Notes: generated from the letters alone by a model not told the origin. Positions 24,401 to 34,797 are shown, counted from the stretch's first letter. The stretch is 64,000 bases of DNA from Desulfuromonadales bacterium (GCA_033549025.1 JAWSUS010000006.1:32001-96000); one strand, 5' to 3'. A program made the numbers and translations.

Positions 24401-25153
24401 ATGAATCGTAAACTGCCTGCCAAAATTATCGCGCAAATTCTGCCGCGACTCTTTCTGCTCCAGGCCAGCTGGAACTTCGAGAGGCTGCAAAGTTTGGGGG
24501 CTCTTTACGTCATGGCGCCGGGATTGCGATTTCTCTACCAGGGGAAGGATTTGTCCATGGCTTTTCAGCGACATCTTTCATATTTCAATACCCATCCCTA
24601 TATGGCTTCGCCCGTGCTCGGGGCTGCCCTTGCTCTGGAGGAGTCTGGCGCCAACGGACAGGATTCCATGCTCGGGGTGGATGAATTCAAGGAAATGACC
24701 ATGGCGCCCTATGCCGCTATGGGCGATGCCCTTTTTTGGGGGGCTCTCCGTCCCCTGGCCGCCGGCGTCTCACTTTTTTTCGCGGTCAAGGGATCTCTGT
24801 GGGCGCCCGTGGTTTTTTTGCTCCTTTTCAACGCACCTCACTTGTGGATGAGGGTCGGCGGCTTTTTCCGCGGCTATCGCCGTGGTCTGCAGGTCGTGGA
24901 AGTATTGCAGAAGCGAAGTCTGCCCGACCTGGCGCTCCGGATCAAGGAGGCGACCGTTGTTCTGCTAGGGGGGCTGACCGCCTTCTTGTCTTTTCAGCTT
25001 ATGGAAACAGAAGAAATTTTCCCCTTGTGGGGGTTTGGAATCCTGGCCGCCATCGGCGGCGTTGCCTGGATGATTCACCGTCGGGTCTCAGTTTTATTCA
25101 TGGTTATGTTTGGTGTTTTTTTACTGATTGTGATGGCATGGTTTGGTAGCTAG
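24401..25153 (+). CDS. Mannose-family PTS EIID
   Basis: QASWNFERLQ, RHLSYFNTHP, MAPYAAMGDALFW. Confidence 0.92.
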   Translation: MNRKLPAKIIAQILPRLFLLQASWNFERLQSLGALYVMAPGLRFLYQGKDLSMAFQRHLSYFNTHPYMASPVLGAALALEESGANGQDSMLGVDEFKEMTMAPYAAMGDALFWGALRPLAAGVSLFFAVKGSLWAPVVFLLLFNAPHLWMRVGGFFRGYRRGLQVVEVLQKRSLPDLALRIKEATVVLLGGLTAFLSFQLMETEEIFPLWGFGILAAIGGVAWMIHRRVSVLFMVMFGVFLLIVMAWFGS

Positions 25154-25162
25154 GGGGAGGCA

Positions 25163-25429
25163 ATGGACGGCAAAGAATTCAGAATCCGAAACAGGCTCGG
25201 TTTGCATGCCCGGGCGGCGGCTCAGCTTGTGCAGACCGCCAACCAGTTCAAAAGTGAAATAACCGTCAAAAAAGACGACCTGGAGGTTAACGGAAAAAGC
25301 ATCATGGGCCTGCTCATGCTGGCTGCACCGCAGGGCTCGACCATTTATGTGTCCGCTGACGGCGCCGATGAAGCGGCGGCGATGACGGCGATTGGAAAGT
25401 TGATTGATGACGGCTTTGGAGAAGACTGA
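25163..25429 (+). CDS. ptsH: Phosphocarrier HPr
   Basis: GLHARAA (His15 equivalent) and NGKSIMG (Ser46 equivalent). Confidence 0.96.
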   Translation: MDGKEFRIRNRLGLHARAAAQLVQTANQFKSEITVKKDDLEVNGKSIMGLLMLAAPQGSTIYVSADGADEAAAMTAIGKLIDDGFGED

Positions 25430-27194
25430 TCTGTTGCAGGATACGATGCTCATTGGAATCGGTGCATCACCCGGCATCGCCATCGGGGAGACCTATATGG
25501 TCAACCGGGCGCGTATGTCCGCCGTGGAACGAACGATCGATGAGGAGTCGGTCGATCAGCAGATAGCGGCCTTTATGGACGCAGTCAATCTGTCCAAAAA
25601 GCAGCTCGAAGAGGTCAAGCAAAGTGTGACGGACAGGTCCCTGTCCGAGCATATCTATATCATCGACACCCACCTGATGATCCTTGAGGACCAGATGCTT
25701 CTTGACGAAACCAGGAAGCTGATCCGCGAGGAAAAGATCAATGCGGAAGGGGCACTGAAACGGACCCTGGATAAATTTCGCAAGGTCTTTGAAACGATTG
25801 ATGACGAATATCTCCGGGAACGGCGCTCCGACATGGATTTTGTGGGGGAAAGGCTTTTGCGGAATCTCCTGGGTGAACATCAGCAATCCCTCAAGGATAT
25901 CGATCGCAAAGTCGTCGTCATCGCCCACGACCTTTCTCCCGCCGACACCATGCAGATGGACAAAAGCAAGATTGTCGGATTTGTGACCGACGTCGGCGGC
26001 AGAACCTCGCATACCGCTATCCTGGCCCGATCTATGGGTATTCCCGCCGTCGTCGGCCTTGAAAACGTGACATCCTTTGTGCCGGGTGGCACGCCTGTCA
26101 TCATTGACGGCACCGCCGGCATCATGATCCTGCATCCGAGCCAAGACCTCTTTAAGGAATATTTGCGGAAAAAACAGGTCTTTGAGTATCAGGAGCGTGA
26201 ACTTCTCAGCTACCGGGATTTGCCGGCGATCACTCTCGACGACCATCGCGTGGCCTTGCGCGGAAATGTCGAAATTTCCGAAGAAGTCCCTCTGGCCCTG
26301 CAGCAGGGGGCTGAAGGTATAGGCCTCTATCGTTCGGAATTTCTGTACATGAACCGCCTGATTCCCCCTTCAGAGGAGGAACAGGTCCAGGCCTATCGCG
26401 ACATCGTCGAACAGATGAAGCCTCAAGTTGTGACGATTCGTACCCTGGATGTCGGCGGGGACAAGTTTGTTCCCGAGATTAATCTGTCGGATGAATCCAA
26501 CCCCGCGATGGGGCTTAGGGCCATACGGTTCTCCCTCAAGGAACGACGTCTTTTTAAAACCCAGTTGCGCGCCATTCTCAGAACTTCTGCCTTTGGGAAG
26601 GTTCGCATCATGTTTCCGATGATTTCCGGTGTGACCGAAATAAGGACCTGCAAATCCTGCCTGGAAGAAGCCAAAGCCGAACTGGTGGCGGAGGGAGTTC
26701 CTTTTGATGAACAGATTCCCGTAGGGATCATGATCGAGACCCCATCAGCCGCTCTCATTGCTCACCTGCTGGCCCGCGAGGTTGATTTTTTCTCCATCGG
26801 AACTAATGATCTGATTCAGTACTGCCTGGCCGTCGACCGCAGCAACGAGCATGTGGCCTATCTTTACGAGCCGCTGCACCCGGCCGTGCTCGAGGCCATC
26901 CGTATGATCTGCTCAGCAGCAAAAGCCGCCGACATCGAAATAGGCATGTGCGGTGAAATGGCGGGTGAACCTATGTACGCCCTGGTGCTCCTGGGGTTTG
27001 GTTTCACCGAACTGTCGATGAACGCCCCCGGTATCCCCCGGGTCAAACGCATTCTTCGACAGGTTCGGCGAAGCGAAGGGGATAAATTGCTGCACGATCT
27101 GATGAAGCTTTCCACGGCCAGTGAGGTGAAGCAATATCTCGAGGATGTCATGACGAGGCGATTTCCTGACCTCTTTGAACAAAAAGCCTTCTGA
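25407..27194 (+). CDS. ptsI: PTS enzyme I
   Basis: GGRTSHTAILARS, GIGLYRSE, RTLDVGGDK, SIGTNDL, CGEMAG; no GAF domain. Start at 25404 TTG or 25407 ATG. Confidence 0.96.
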   Translation: MTALEKTDLLQDTMLIGIGASPGIAIGETYMVNRARMSAVERTIDEESVDQQIAAFMDAVNLSKKQLEEVKQSVTDRSLSEHIYIIDTHLMILEDQMLLDETRKLIREEKINAEGALKRTLDKFRKVFETIDDEYLRERRSDMDFVGERLLRNLLGEHQQSLKDIDRKVVVIAHDLSPADTMQMDKSKIVGFVTDVGGRTSHTAILARSMGIPAVVGLENVTSFVPGGTPVIIDGTAGIMILHPSQDLFKEYLRKKQVFEYQERELLSYRDLPAITLDDHRVALRGNVEISEEVPLALQQGAEGIGLYRSEFLYMNRLIPPSEEEQVQAYRDIVEQMKPQVVTIRTLDVGGDKFVPEINLSDESNPAMGLRAIRFSLKERRLFKTQLRAILRTSAFGKVRIMFPMISGVTEIRTCKSCLEEAKAELVAEGVPFDEQIPVGIMIETPSAALIAHLLAREVDFFSIGTNDLIQYCLAVDRSNEHVAYLYEPLHPAVLEAIRMICSAAKAADIEIGMCGEMAGEPMYALVLLGFGFTELSMNAPGIPRVKRILRQVRRSEGDKLLHDLMKLSTASEVKQYLEDVMTRRFPDLFEQKAF

Positions 27195-27207
27195 GTCGGC
27201 AACCATC

Positions 27208-27236
27208 TTGACAGTGCTGGACATTTTGGTTACAGT
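27208..27236 (+). promoter_or_regulatory. Sigma70 promoter for metK
   Basis: TTGACA-N17-TACAGT. Confidence 0.6.
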
Positions 27237-27288
27237 TTCGCGTTTCGAGCGTTCATTGTTCACTACCTGACAAGGGAGACTAGAACCC

Positions 27289-28458
27289 ATGCCAATGACT
27301 GATTTCCTGTTCACATCCGAATCGGTAAGCGAAGGCCACCCGGATAAAGTGGCCGATCAGATTTCGGATGCCATTCTTGACGCCATTCTCAGCCAGGACA
27401 CCAAGGCCCGCGTAGCCTGTGAGACTCTCGTGACCACAGGTATGGCCATGATCGCCGGCGAGATCACCACGAGCGCTTATGTCGATATGCCGCAAATCGT
27501 GCGGAATACGATCAAAGAAATCGGTTACGACGATTCTTCCATGGGGTTCGATTACGAAACCTGTGCCGTCCTGACTTCTATTGACCGCCAGTCGCCCGAC
27601 ATCTCTCAGGGGGTCACCGAGGGAGAGGGCCTGTACAAGGATCAGGGCGCCGGGGATCAGGGTCTCATGTTCGGTTATGCCTGTGACGAAACGGCGGAAC
27701 TGATGCCTATGCCCATCATGTTTGCCCATCGTCTGACCAAGCGTCTGGCCGATGTGCGCAAGGGCAAGTTGGTTTCCTTTCTTCGCCCTGACAGCAAGTC
27801 GCAGGTTTCCATTCAGTACATCAACGACAAGCCTATCCGGGTCGATTCAGTCGTCATTTCCTCCCAGCATACCCCTGACGTAAGTTACGACACGCTCCGG
27901 GAATTCATCATGGAAGAAGTCATTAAGCCGATTATTCCTGCGGAACTTCTCGATGAAAAAACCAAGTATTTCATCAATCCTACCGGACGTTTTGTCGTCG
28001 GCGGACCCATGGGTGACTGTGGTCTCACCGGGCGTAAAATTATCGTCGACACCTACGGCGGCCAGGGCTCTCACGGCGGCGGGGCTTTTTCCGGCAAAGA
28101 TCCCAGCAAGGTCGATCGCAGTGCCTCGTACATGGCCCGCTATGTCGCTAAAAATATCGTCGCTGCCGGCCTCGCCAGTAAATGCGAGGTCCAACTGGCC
28201 TATGCGATCGGTGTTGCCGACCCCGTCTCGGTGATGATCAACACCTTCGGTACGGGGAAAATTCCATCCAACGACATTGCCAGCATCGTTCAGGAAGAAT
28301 TCGATATGCGCCCGTCCGGCATCATCAAGACCCTTGACCTGCTGCGGCCAATCTATCGCAAGACGGCGGCTTACGGGCACTTTGGCAGGGAGCTGCCTGA
28401 GTTTAGTTGGGAAAAAACCGACCGCGTCGACTCCCTGCGCAAGCGCGCCGGCATGTGA
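27289..28458 (+). CDS. metK: S-adenosylmethionine synthetase
   Basis: [36 protein letters not shown]. Confidence 0.99.
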   Translation: MPMTDFLFTSESVSEGHPDKVADQISDAILDAILSQDTKARVACETLVTTGMAMIAGEITTSAYVDMPQIVRNTIKEIGYDDSSMGFDYETCAVLTSIDRQSPDISQGVTEGEGLYKDQGAGDQGLMFGYACDETAELMPMPIMFAHRLTKRLADVRKGKLVSFLRPDSKSQVSIQYINDKPIRVDSVVISSQHTPDVSYDTLREFIMEEVIKPIIPAELLDEKTKYFINPTGRFVVGGPMGDCGLTGRKIIVDTYGGQGSHGGGAFSGKDPSKVDRSASYMARYVAKNIVAAGLASKCEVQLAYAIGVADPVSVMINTFGTGKIPSNDIASIVQEEFDMRPSGIIKTLDLLRPIYRKTAAYGHFGRELPEFSWEKTDRVDSLRKRAGM

Positions 28459-28472
28459 GGCGTTAGAGAGTG

Positions 28473-28513
28473 AAAACAAAAAGGCGGACCTTGCGGTTCG
28501 CCTTTTTGTTTTT
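28473..28513 (+). terminator. Intrinsic terminator after metK
   Basis: AAAACAAAAAGGCGGACC-TTGC-GGTTCGCCTTTTTGTTTT. Confidence 0.8.
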
Positions 28514-28525
28514 CAGGAGGATGTC

Positions 28526-29662
28526 TTGGAGCTTTTTTCACCCGCTGAGCCTGCTCCTCAACTGTGCGTTATCGTGCCTGTCTACAACGAGGCAGCGACT
28601 CTCCCCGCTCTTTTTTCTAACCTTGAAAGTCAGGCGGGCATACGGTTTGAAGTGATTCTGGTCGATGGAGGGTCGGCCGATGATACCTTCGCCTTGGGCG
28701 AGAAATTCGCTGCCGCCGTCCCCTTTGAATGCCGAGTTCTCAGGGCCAATAAGGGGAGGGCGTCCCAACTCAATGTCGGCGCCTGCCATGCCACAGCTCC
28801 TGTGCTGCTCTTTCTCCATGCCGACTGTTGTTTTTCTCACCCCCTGGCGTTGGCCGGCGGCCTGGAATCCCTGGCGACAGCCTGGGAACACTGTGGGCAT
28901 CGACGCCTTGCCGGGCGCTTCTCCCTACGGTTTCTGCGCCAAAAGGACAAACCGTACCAGGGGTACTTTTACTACGAAGCCAAGGCACGGCTGAATCGTC
29001 CTCAATGCATCCACGGGGATCAGGGCTTCATGATGGCAGCCGACTTTTTTGACGAACTGGGCCGGTTTGATGAGAACCTCCCTATTCTTGAAGATACCCA
29101 ACTGGCTGACCGTGTTCTGGCCGTGGGGCAGTGGCTGCTTTTTCCGGCGGATATTCTGACCTCGGCCAGACGTTTCGAAACTGAAGGTCTGGTTGCCCGC
29201 CAATGTCTCAATGCTTTAATCGTCAATTTCGCCATAATCGGATTCGATGCCTTTTTCGAAAAGGCGGCCGCCCTCTATCGCACCCACGACCAAAGCCGCC
29301 CCCTGCATCTTCGGCCCTTTCTCAGGCTCGTTCATCAACTCGTGAGGCAACAATCCCTTCGGCGTCAACTGGGGATATGGTATCGCACCGGTAAATACGT
29401 TCGTTCGCAGGGCTGGCAATTGGCGTTCTGGGCAGATGTCAGTCGGGCCTTTAAGCGTGGGGTTGCGCTTCCCGAGATTCGCACCCCTTTTCTCAAACGC
29501 TTCGATCGTGTGTGGGATGCGTTCACCGACCACCCTTTAGGAAACGGGTTGGCGACAGTGTTGACCGCGATCGGCTTTTACCTGGCCTTTGCCTGGCTGG
29601 CCATGACGGAAAGCCGTTTTTTCATCAAGGTGATGCCGTTGATCAGGGGAGGAAAGTCATGA
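28526..29662 (+). CDS. GT2 glycosyltransferase, TIGR04283-like, with C-terminal extension
   Basis: IVPVYNE, VDGGS.D, GRASQLNVG, LFLHAD, HGDQG, LED, TSARRF; TTG start 5 nt after AGGAGG. Confidence 0.8.
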   Translation: MELFSPAEPAPQLCVIVPVYNEAATLPALFSNLESQAGIRFEVILVDGGSADDTFALGEKFAAAVPFECRVLRANKGRASQLNVGACHATAPVLLFLHADCCFSHPLALAGGLESLATAWEHCGHRRLAGRFSLRFLRQKDKPYQGYFYYEAKARLNRPQCIHGDQGFMMAADFFDELGRFDENLPILEDTQLADRVLAVGQWLLFPADILTSARRFETEGLVARQCLNALIVNFAIIGFDAFFEKAAALYRTHDQSRPLHLRPFLRLVHQLVRQQSLRRQLGIWYRTGKYVRSQGWQLAFWADVSRAFKRGVALPEIRTPFLKRFDRVWDAFTDHPLGNGLATVLTAIGFYLAFAWLAMTESRFFIKVMPLIRGGKS

Positions 29663-30069
29663 ATGTTCCATCTGCTACAATCGGGTCCATCAATGCCATT
29701 CCGCTATTGAAAACGCTGGGTATTGTCGCTGAGGAAATCGGCGACCGGTATGCGGTTATGCGCGTCACGGTCGATGAGAGACACTTGAATTACTATGGCG
29801 GCGCTCATGGCGGTCTGATCGCCACTCTGGTTGATACGGTCTGTTTTTTCCCGGCGCCTCTGTTGCCTGCCGGACTCGCGGTTACGACCTCCAGTTTGAA
29901 TGTGAATTACCTGCGCGCCGTTCAGCCTGGAGAAACGCTGGTGGCCAGATCCGAAATCGTTCACCTGGGCCGCCGTACCGTCAGCCTGCGCGTAGCCGTT
30001 CACAGCGAGGAAAGGCTCATCGCTCAGGGTATGGCGACGCTGATTGTACTGAACCCATCGACGGATTAA
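29659..30069 (+). CDS. PaaI-family hotdog thioesterase
   Basis: HLNYYGGAHGGLIATLVD, LNVNYLR; ATGA overlap with the GT2 stop. Confidence 0.88.
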   Translation: MNVPSATIGSINAIPLLKTLGIVAEEIGDRYAVMRVTVDERHLNYYGGAHGGLIATLVDTVCFFPAPLLPAGLAVTTSSLNVNYLRAVQPGETLVARSEIVHLGRRTVSLRVAVHSEERLIAQGMATLIVLNPSTD

Positions 30070-30149
30070 CGCGAATCCATCGATGAGGAATTTATTGTCA
30101 CCCTTCCTGTCATGACATATCCCTTGACCTGGTTCTTGGCATATGATAG

Positions 30150-30188
30150 ATCAAGAATTCCTGATTTATATAAACCGGAATTTTTGAT
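30150..30188. promoter_or_regulatory. Two putative SahR operator boxes
   Basis: Near-perfect palindrome ATCAAGAATTCCTGAT (30150-30165) and an inverted 13/16 copy AACCGGAATTTTTGAT (30173-30188) abutting the start codon. Confidence 0.6.
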
Positions 30189-31130
30189 TTGGTCCTTTCA
30201 CTCTTAAAATCTCTCGCCGATTCAACGCGTCTGAGGCTTGTTTCCCTGCTTTACCGGGGGGAATTTACCGTTCAGGAACTGACCGAAATTTTGGGCATGG
30301 GTCAGTCGCGGGTATCGCGCCACCTCAAACTTCTCCTGGATGAAGAGATTTTGAGCGTGCGGCGTCAAGGCACCTGGTCATACTATCGTGTCTGCCAGGA
30401 AAATGCGCTGTTTGTCGCGATGTGGCCGGCCCTTGATGCTTCTCTGGCCGAGGAAACCTCCAGTGGGGAAGATTTTCGGGCCATGGCGGCGATTTATGAA
30501 AAAAGGCGTCGAAAAAGCCAGGATTTTTTCAACCATTACGCCAGTGAATGGGACGGACTTTCCCGCCGCCTGCTTCCTACTGTCCCTTACGGTGAGCATC
30601 TTCTCGCTCGCATTCGTCCCTGTGAAAATCTCGTGGAGGTTGGCGTCGGTACAGGCAATCTCCTCCCTTCGCTGATGTCCCGGGCCCAGACAGTGATTGG
30701 CGTGGACCAGTCTCCGGCGATGCTGGCACAGGCCCGTCATCGTATCGGTCAGAAGGAGCATGGGCAGGTCGAACTGCGCCTTGGCGAGATGTCTCATCTG
30801 CCGGTTCTTTCCGCCAGCGCGGATACCGTTCTGGTGAGCATGGTTCTTCATCATGCCGCCGACCCGGAAAATGTCTTCAAAGAGTTTGCCCGGGTGATGA
30901 GGGAGGAAGGGACATTGGTGATCGCCGACCTGCTTCCCCATCAACACGAATGGGCCCGCGACAGCCTGGCTGATCTCTGGCTCGGCTTTGAGCGCAATGA
31001 TATCGAACGATGGCTGGAGGCGGCGGGACTTCTCCTGACAGGCTACGTGGAAATTCAGGGAACAGCCGACAGACAGGGTATTTTTATTTTAGAAGCGACC
31101 AAAAGAGGGATAAACCAGACAACCAAGTGA
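30189..31130 (+). CDS. sahR: ArsR HTH-methyltransferase-fold fusion regulator of the SAM cycle
   Basis: [25 protein letters not shown] plus [20 protein letters not shown]; directly upstream of ahcY. Confidence 0.85.
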   Translation: MVLSLLKSLADSTRLRLVSLLYRGEFTVQELTEILGMGQSRVSRHLKLLLDEEILSVRRQGTWSYYRVCQENALFVAMWPALDASLAEETSSGEDFRAMAAIYEKRRRKSQDFFNHYASEWDGLSRRLLPTVPYGEHLLARIRPCENLVEVGVGTGNLLPSLMSRAQTVIGVDQSPAMLAQARHRIGQKEHGQVELRLGEMSHLPVLSASADTVLVSMVLHHAADPENVFKEFARVMREEGTLVIADLLPHQHEWARDSLADLWLGFERNDIERWLEAAGLLLTGYVEIQGTADRQGIFILEATKRGINQTTK

Positions 31131-31143
31131 AAAGGAGTCTTTT

Positions 31144-32436
31144 ATGGCAGGCAAGGATTTTAAGGTTAAAGATATGTCTCTGGCCCGGTGGGGCAGGCAG
31201 GAAATTGAGATTGCCGAAACGGAAATGCCGGGACTGATGGCGCTTCGCCAGGAGTTCGGTGCGAGCAAACCCCTCAGGGGCGCCCGCATTGCAGGCTGCC
31301 TGCACATGACTATCCAGACCGCCGTGCTGATCGAAACCCTCATTGAACTGGGCGCCGAAGTGCGCTGGAGTTCCTGCAATATTTTCTCAACCCAGGACCA
31401 TGCCGCCGCCGCTATCGCTGAGGCCGGGATCCCCGTGTATGCCTGGAAAGGAGAGACGGAGGAAGAATACTGGTGGTGTGTCGAGCAAACGATTGAAGGG
31501 CCTGATGGCTGGCGGCCGAACATGCTGCTTGATGACGGCGGCGACCTCACCCAGGTGATGCATGAAAAATACCCGGAGCTCATGGCGCAGGTCAAAGGGT
31601 TGTCTGAAGAGACGACGACTGGAGTTCACCGCCTCTATCAGATGGAAAAAACCGGCACCCTGAAGTGCCCCGCCTTCAACGTCAACGATTCGGTGACCAA
31701 GAGTAAATTCGACAATCTGTACGGCTGTCGCGAGTCGCTGGCCGATGGCATCAAAAGAGCCACGGACGTCATGGTGGCGGGCAAAGTGGTCGTCGTGGCC
31801 GGCTATGGTGATGTCGGGAAAGGATGTGCCCAGGCCATGCGAGGTCTCGGGGCCCGCGTGCTGATCACCGAAATCGACCCCATTATTTCCCTGCAGGCCG
31901 TTATGGAAGGCTATCAGGTTGTCACCATGGAAACGGCGGCTCCCCTCGGCGATATTTTCGTCACCACGACCGGTTGCCGCGACGTCATCACCCGCCAGCA
32001 CATGGACGCCATGCGGGATCAGGCCATCGTCTGCAATATCGGCCATTTCGACCTGGAAATCGATATCGCTTCGATTCGCGACCTGGAATGGATCAATATC
32101 AAGCCGCAGGTAGACCATGTCGTCTTCCCCGACGGTAAGCGGCTGATCGTGCTGGCCGAGGGGCGCCTGGTCAATCTCGGCTGCGCCACCGGCCACCCTT
32201 CTTTTGTCATGTCGGCGTCCTTCACCAACCAGGTCATGGCGCAGATGGAATTGTGGACCAACCCGGACAGCTACGAAAATAAGGTCTATATGCTGCCTAA
32301 GGTTTTGGATGAAAAGGTGGCCCGTCTCCACCTGGGCCGGCTCGGCGTCGAATTGACGACTCTGACCCCGGCGCAGGCTGAATATCTCGGCGTGCCGGTG
32401 GAAGGCCCTTTCAAGCCGGAGTTCTATCGCTATTGA
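31144..32436 (+). CDS. ahcY: S-adenosylhomocysteine hydrolase
   Basis: [40 protein letters not shown]-terminal YRY. Confidence 0.99.
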   Translation: MAGKDFKVKDMSLARWGRQEIEIAETEMPGLMALRQEFGASKPLRGARIAGCLHMTIQTAVLIETLIELGAEVRWSSCNIFSTQDHAAAAIAEAGIPVYAWKGETEEEYWWCVEQTIEGPDGWRPNMLLDDGGDLTQVMHEKYPELMAQVKGLSEETTTGVHRLYQMEKTGTLKCPAFNVNDSVTKSKFDNLYGCRESLADGIKRATDVMVAGKVVVVAGYGDVGKGCAQAMRGLGARVLITEIDPIISLQAVMEGYQVVTMETAAPLGDIFVTTTGCRDVITRQHMDAMRDQAIVCNIGHFDLEIDIASIRDLEWINIKPQVDHVVFPDGKRLIVLAEGRLVNLGCATGHPSFVMSASFTNQVMAQMELWTNPDSYENKVYMLPKVLDEKVARLHLGRLGVELTTLTPAQAEYLGVPVEGPFKPEFYRY

Positions 32437-32456
32437 TAAAAGGACCATTTACGGAA

Positions 32457-32500
32457 CAAACAGCAAGAGCCCTGCCATGGAGCAGGGCTCTTGCTGTTTG
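32457..32500. terminator. Bidirectional terminator between ahcY and lptG
   Basis: 19-bp stem CAAACAGCAAGAGCCCTGC / GCAGGGCTCTTGCTGTTTG. Confidence 0.8.
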
Positions 32501-32525
32501 AAGCAAACGGTTTTTTCCAAAAAGG

Positions 32526-33611
32526 TTAGCTGCGGGTCGACAGCAGCATCCAGCCGCCAATCAGGGCAAAGAGGACATGGGCGGACCAGGCGGCTACCGC
32601 GGGGGGGGCCACGCCCGAATAACCGAAGGCCTGCATGGCGGCCATGATGACATAGTAGGCGAAGCCGATGACAATGCTCAGGGCCACTCCCGTGGCCACA
32701 TTGGTCTGCCTTCCTCTCTGGAGCGCAAAGGGAATGCCGAGCACGGCCATAATGACGTTGGCAAAGGGGGTGGCGAGGCGCGAATGCATATCCACTTTGT
32801 AGCGGACCGGGCTGTGACCCTCGCCTTCCATTTTACTGACCAGAGCTGAAAGCTGACGAAAGTTGAGGGTTTCCAGGTCCGGCTCGCTTTCTTTGAAATC
32901 TTCGGGTGTCTTGGACAGGGGCAGAACTTCCTGGGCCAGCTTTTTCTCGCCGAACATTTCGCCAGAGTGGGGCTCAAACTCCCTGTGGGTGACCTGCTGG
33001 AAAGTCCAGCCGCTATCGGCGGTATAATGGCCGGAAGCTGCATCGGTGCGCCGGGTCAGCCGAAACTGGTCGTCGACATGATAGATGGTCAATCCGGTTA
33101 TCGTTTGATTCTCCGGCTCGACCAGGCTGATATTGACGATGTCGGACCCTTCCCGGAACCAGAGTCGATCCCGTTTGAAGACGATGGACTTTCGTCCTCT
33201 GACCTCTTCCTCGTAAATCGTGTTGGCGGTTTTGACGCTTAAGGGGAGGACGTATTCGTTGATAGCCAGGATGGTCATGGCCGTCAGCAGGGAGGCCAGA
33301 AGCAAAGGCCAGGTCATGCGGATGAGGCTCAGCCCGCAGGATTTTATGGCCGTCAATTCATTGGTCCGGGTCAGGCCGCCAACGGTCATGAAGACAGCCA
33401 TGAGGACGGCCAGCGGAGTGACCTGGCTGATGATCAACGGGATTTTGTTGCCGAAATAGAGGAGGTACTGGGAAGCGGAGGCGCCATGCTCAATGAAATT
33501 GTCCACTTTTTCGAAAAAGTCGACCAGCAGGTAGATGCCCACAAAAGTGGTGCTGGCCAGGAAAAAGATCCGGATGTAGATGGATAGGATGTAGCGGTTG
33601 AGTATGGTCAC
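32526..33611 (-). CDS. lptG: LPS export permease LptG
   Basis: ILNRYI, NELTAIKSCGLS, 3+3 TM layout; paired with lptF. Confidence 0.9.
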   Translation of the reverse strand: MTILNRYILSIYIRIFFLASTTFVGIYLLVDFFEKVDNFIEHGASASQYLLYFGNKIPLIISQVTPLAVLMAVFMTVGGLTRTNELTAIKSCGLSLIRMTWPLLLASLLTAMTILAINEYVLPLSVKTANTIYEEEVRGRKSIVFKRDRLWFREGSDIVNISLVEPENQTITGLTIYHVDDQFRLTRRTDAASGHYTADSGWTFQQVTHREFEPHSGEMFGEKKLAQEVLPLSKTPEDFKESEPDLETLNFRQLSALVSKMEGEGHSPVRYKVDMHSRLATPFANVIMAVLGIPFALQRGRQTNVATGVALSIVIGFAYYVIMAAMQAFGYSGVAPPAVAAWSAHVLFALIGGWMLLSTRS

Positions 33612-33615
33612 AGGC

Positions 33616-34797
33616 CTATCTCTTGCGTTGAATAAGGCGGCGGAATCGATCCATGCCTTCCAGAAGAAGATCGAGAAGAACGAAACGTCTTTCCATGGCC
33701 GCTAGATGCAGAAGGTAGAGGCCGCCGGCCAAAAAAAGCACCGTCGGGGTCCACATCGTGGGAATTAACGGGAGAATCCCTTCGGTGGCCAGTGTTTTGG
33801 TGAAAGAAAAGAGGATGTAATAGACCAGGAAGATGATCAGCCCAATGGCGAATCCCCCTCCTTTGCCGGAGCGATGGGACTGGATGCCAAGCGGGATGCC
33901 GATGAGGGCGAAAAGTAGCGGAGCCAGGGGCAAAACCAGGCGTTTGTGCCACTGGACGCGGTAGCGCAGGCTTTCTTCCTTGGTTTTTGCCTCCCTGATC
34001 GCTGTCGCCAATTCGGAACGGCTAAGGTCTTTATCCTTTTTTTTGACAGTCTGGCCGGCTTCGAGTTCTTTTCCCATGTTGAGGCTGATGTCGTAGGCGG
34101 AAAAAGCGATGGTCTGGTAGCTGTCTCCCCGGGTTGATTTGGGAGACCGGTGGATGTTACCGTTTTCGAGGCGAAGAGTCAGGGTGTATTTTTCCGCGTC
34201 CGAAAAAATACGGCCTTGTTGCGCGAAAATCGTCGAGGCATCGCTATCCGTGCGTTGGTCAGAAATAAAAACGCCGGTCATCAGGCCGTTTTGTGCATCA
34301 AATTCGTTGGTATACAGCACGAGTCCGTCAAATTCATCGTTGAAAATTTTGGGGGCGATACCCACCGTGGCCCGGCTGGTGGCAATATCGAACACTTTGC
34401 TGCGAAAAGCCGTATTTCCGGCCGGTTCGCCATAGAGGGTGAGGGCTCCTGTCAGTACGGAGGCCAGGGTTGCCAGCAGAAAAACGGGTTTGAGCATCCC
34501 GTACAAGCTGATGCCGGAAGCCTTGAGGGCGACAGTTTCACTCTCGGAAGAGAGCCGTCCGAACCCAAGCAGTACCCCCAGCAGAAAGGAAAGCGGAATG
34601 GTGATGACCAGAAATGCGGGAAGCAGATAGGCGAAAAGGAGGAATATTTCTGTCGCCGGCACCCCTTTGTTGAGCACCATCTCGACCAGGCGGATAATCC
34701 TGCCCATGAGGATCATCAGGGTAAAGACGCTCAGGCCCAGCAGGGCAGGGACCGCGATTTCCTTCGCAATGTATCGGTGAATTCTGGAGGCTGGCAT
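33616..34797 (-). CDS. lptF: LPS export permease LptF
   Basis: IHRYIAKE, GRLSSESETVALKASGISL, QWHKRL; start at MPASRIHRY. Confidence 0.9.
   Translation of the reverse strand: MPASRIHRYIAKEIAVPALLGLSVFTLMILMGRIIRLVEMVLNKGVPATEIFLLFAYLLPAFLVITIPLSFLLGVLLGFGRLSSESETVALKASGISLYGMLKPVFLLATLASVLTGALTLYGEPAGNTAFRSKVFDIATSRATVGIAPKIFNDEFDGLVLYTNEFDAQNGLMTGVFISDQRTDSDASTIFAQQGRIFSDAEKYTLTLRLENGNIHRSPKSTRGDSYQTIAFSAYDISLNMGKELEAGQTVKKKDKDLSRSELATAIREAKTKEESLRYRVQWHKRLVLPLAPLLFALIGIPLGIQSHRSGKGGGFAIGLIIFLVYYILFSFTKTLATEGILPLIPTMWTPTVLFLAGGLYLLHLAAMERRFVLLDLLLEGMDRFRRLIQRKR

Noticed and set aside
27195..27288. SAM or SAH riboswitch upstream of metK
   Set aside because: The leader after the predicted promoter is only about 45 nt and shows no riboswitch core; none seen before sahR-ahcY either.
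28277..28525. Long N-terminal extensions in the ORF track (also 11272-11469, 34798-35079, 45783-46103, 49180-49296)
   Set aside because: They cross terminators, promoters or neighbouring genes; family homology begins at the downstream starts I used.
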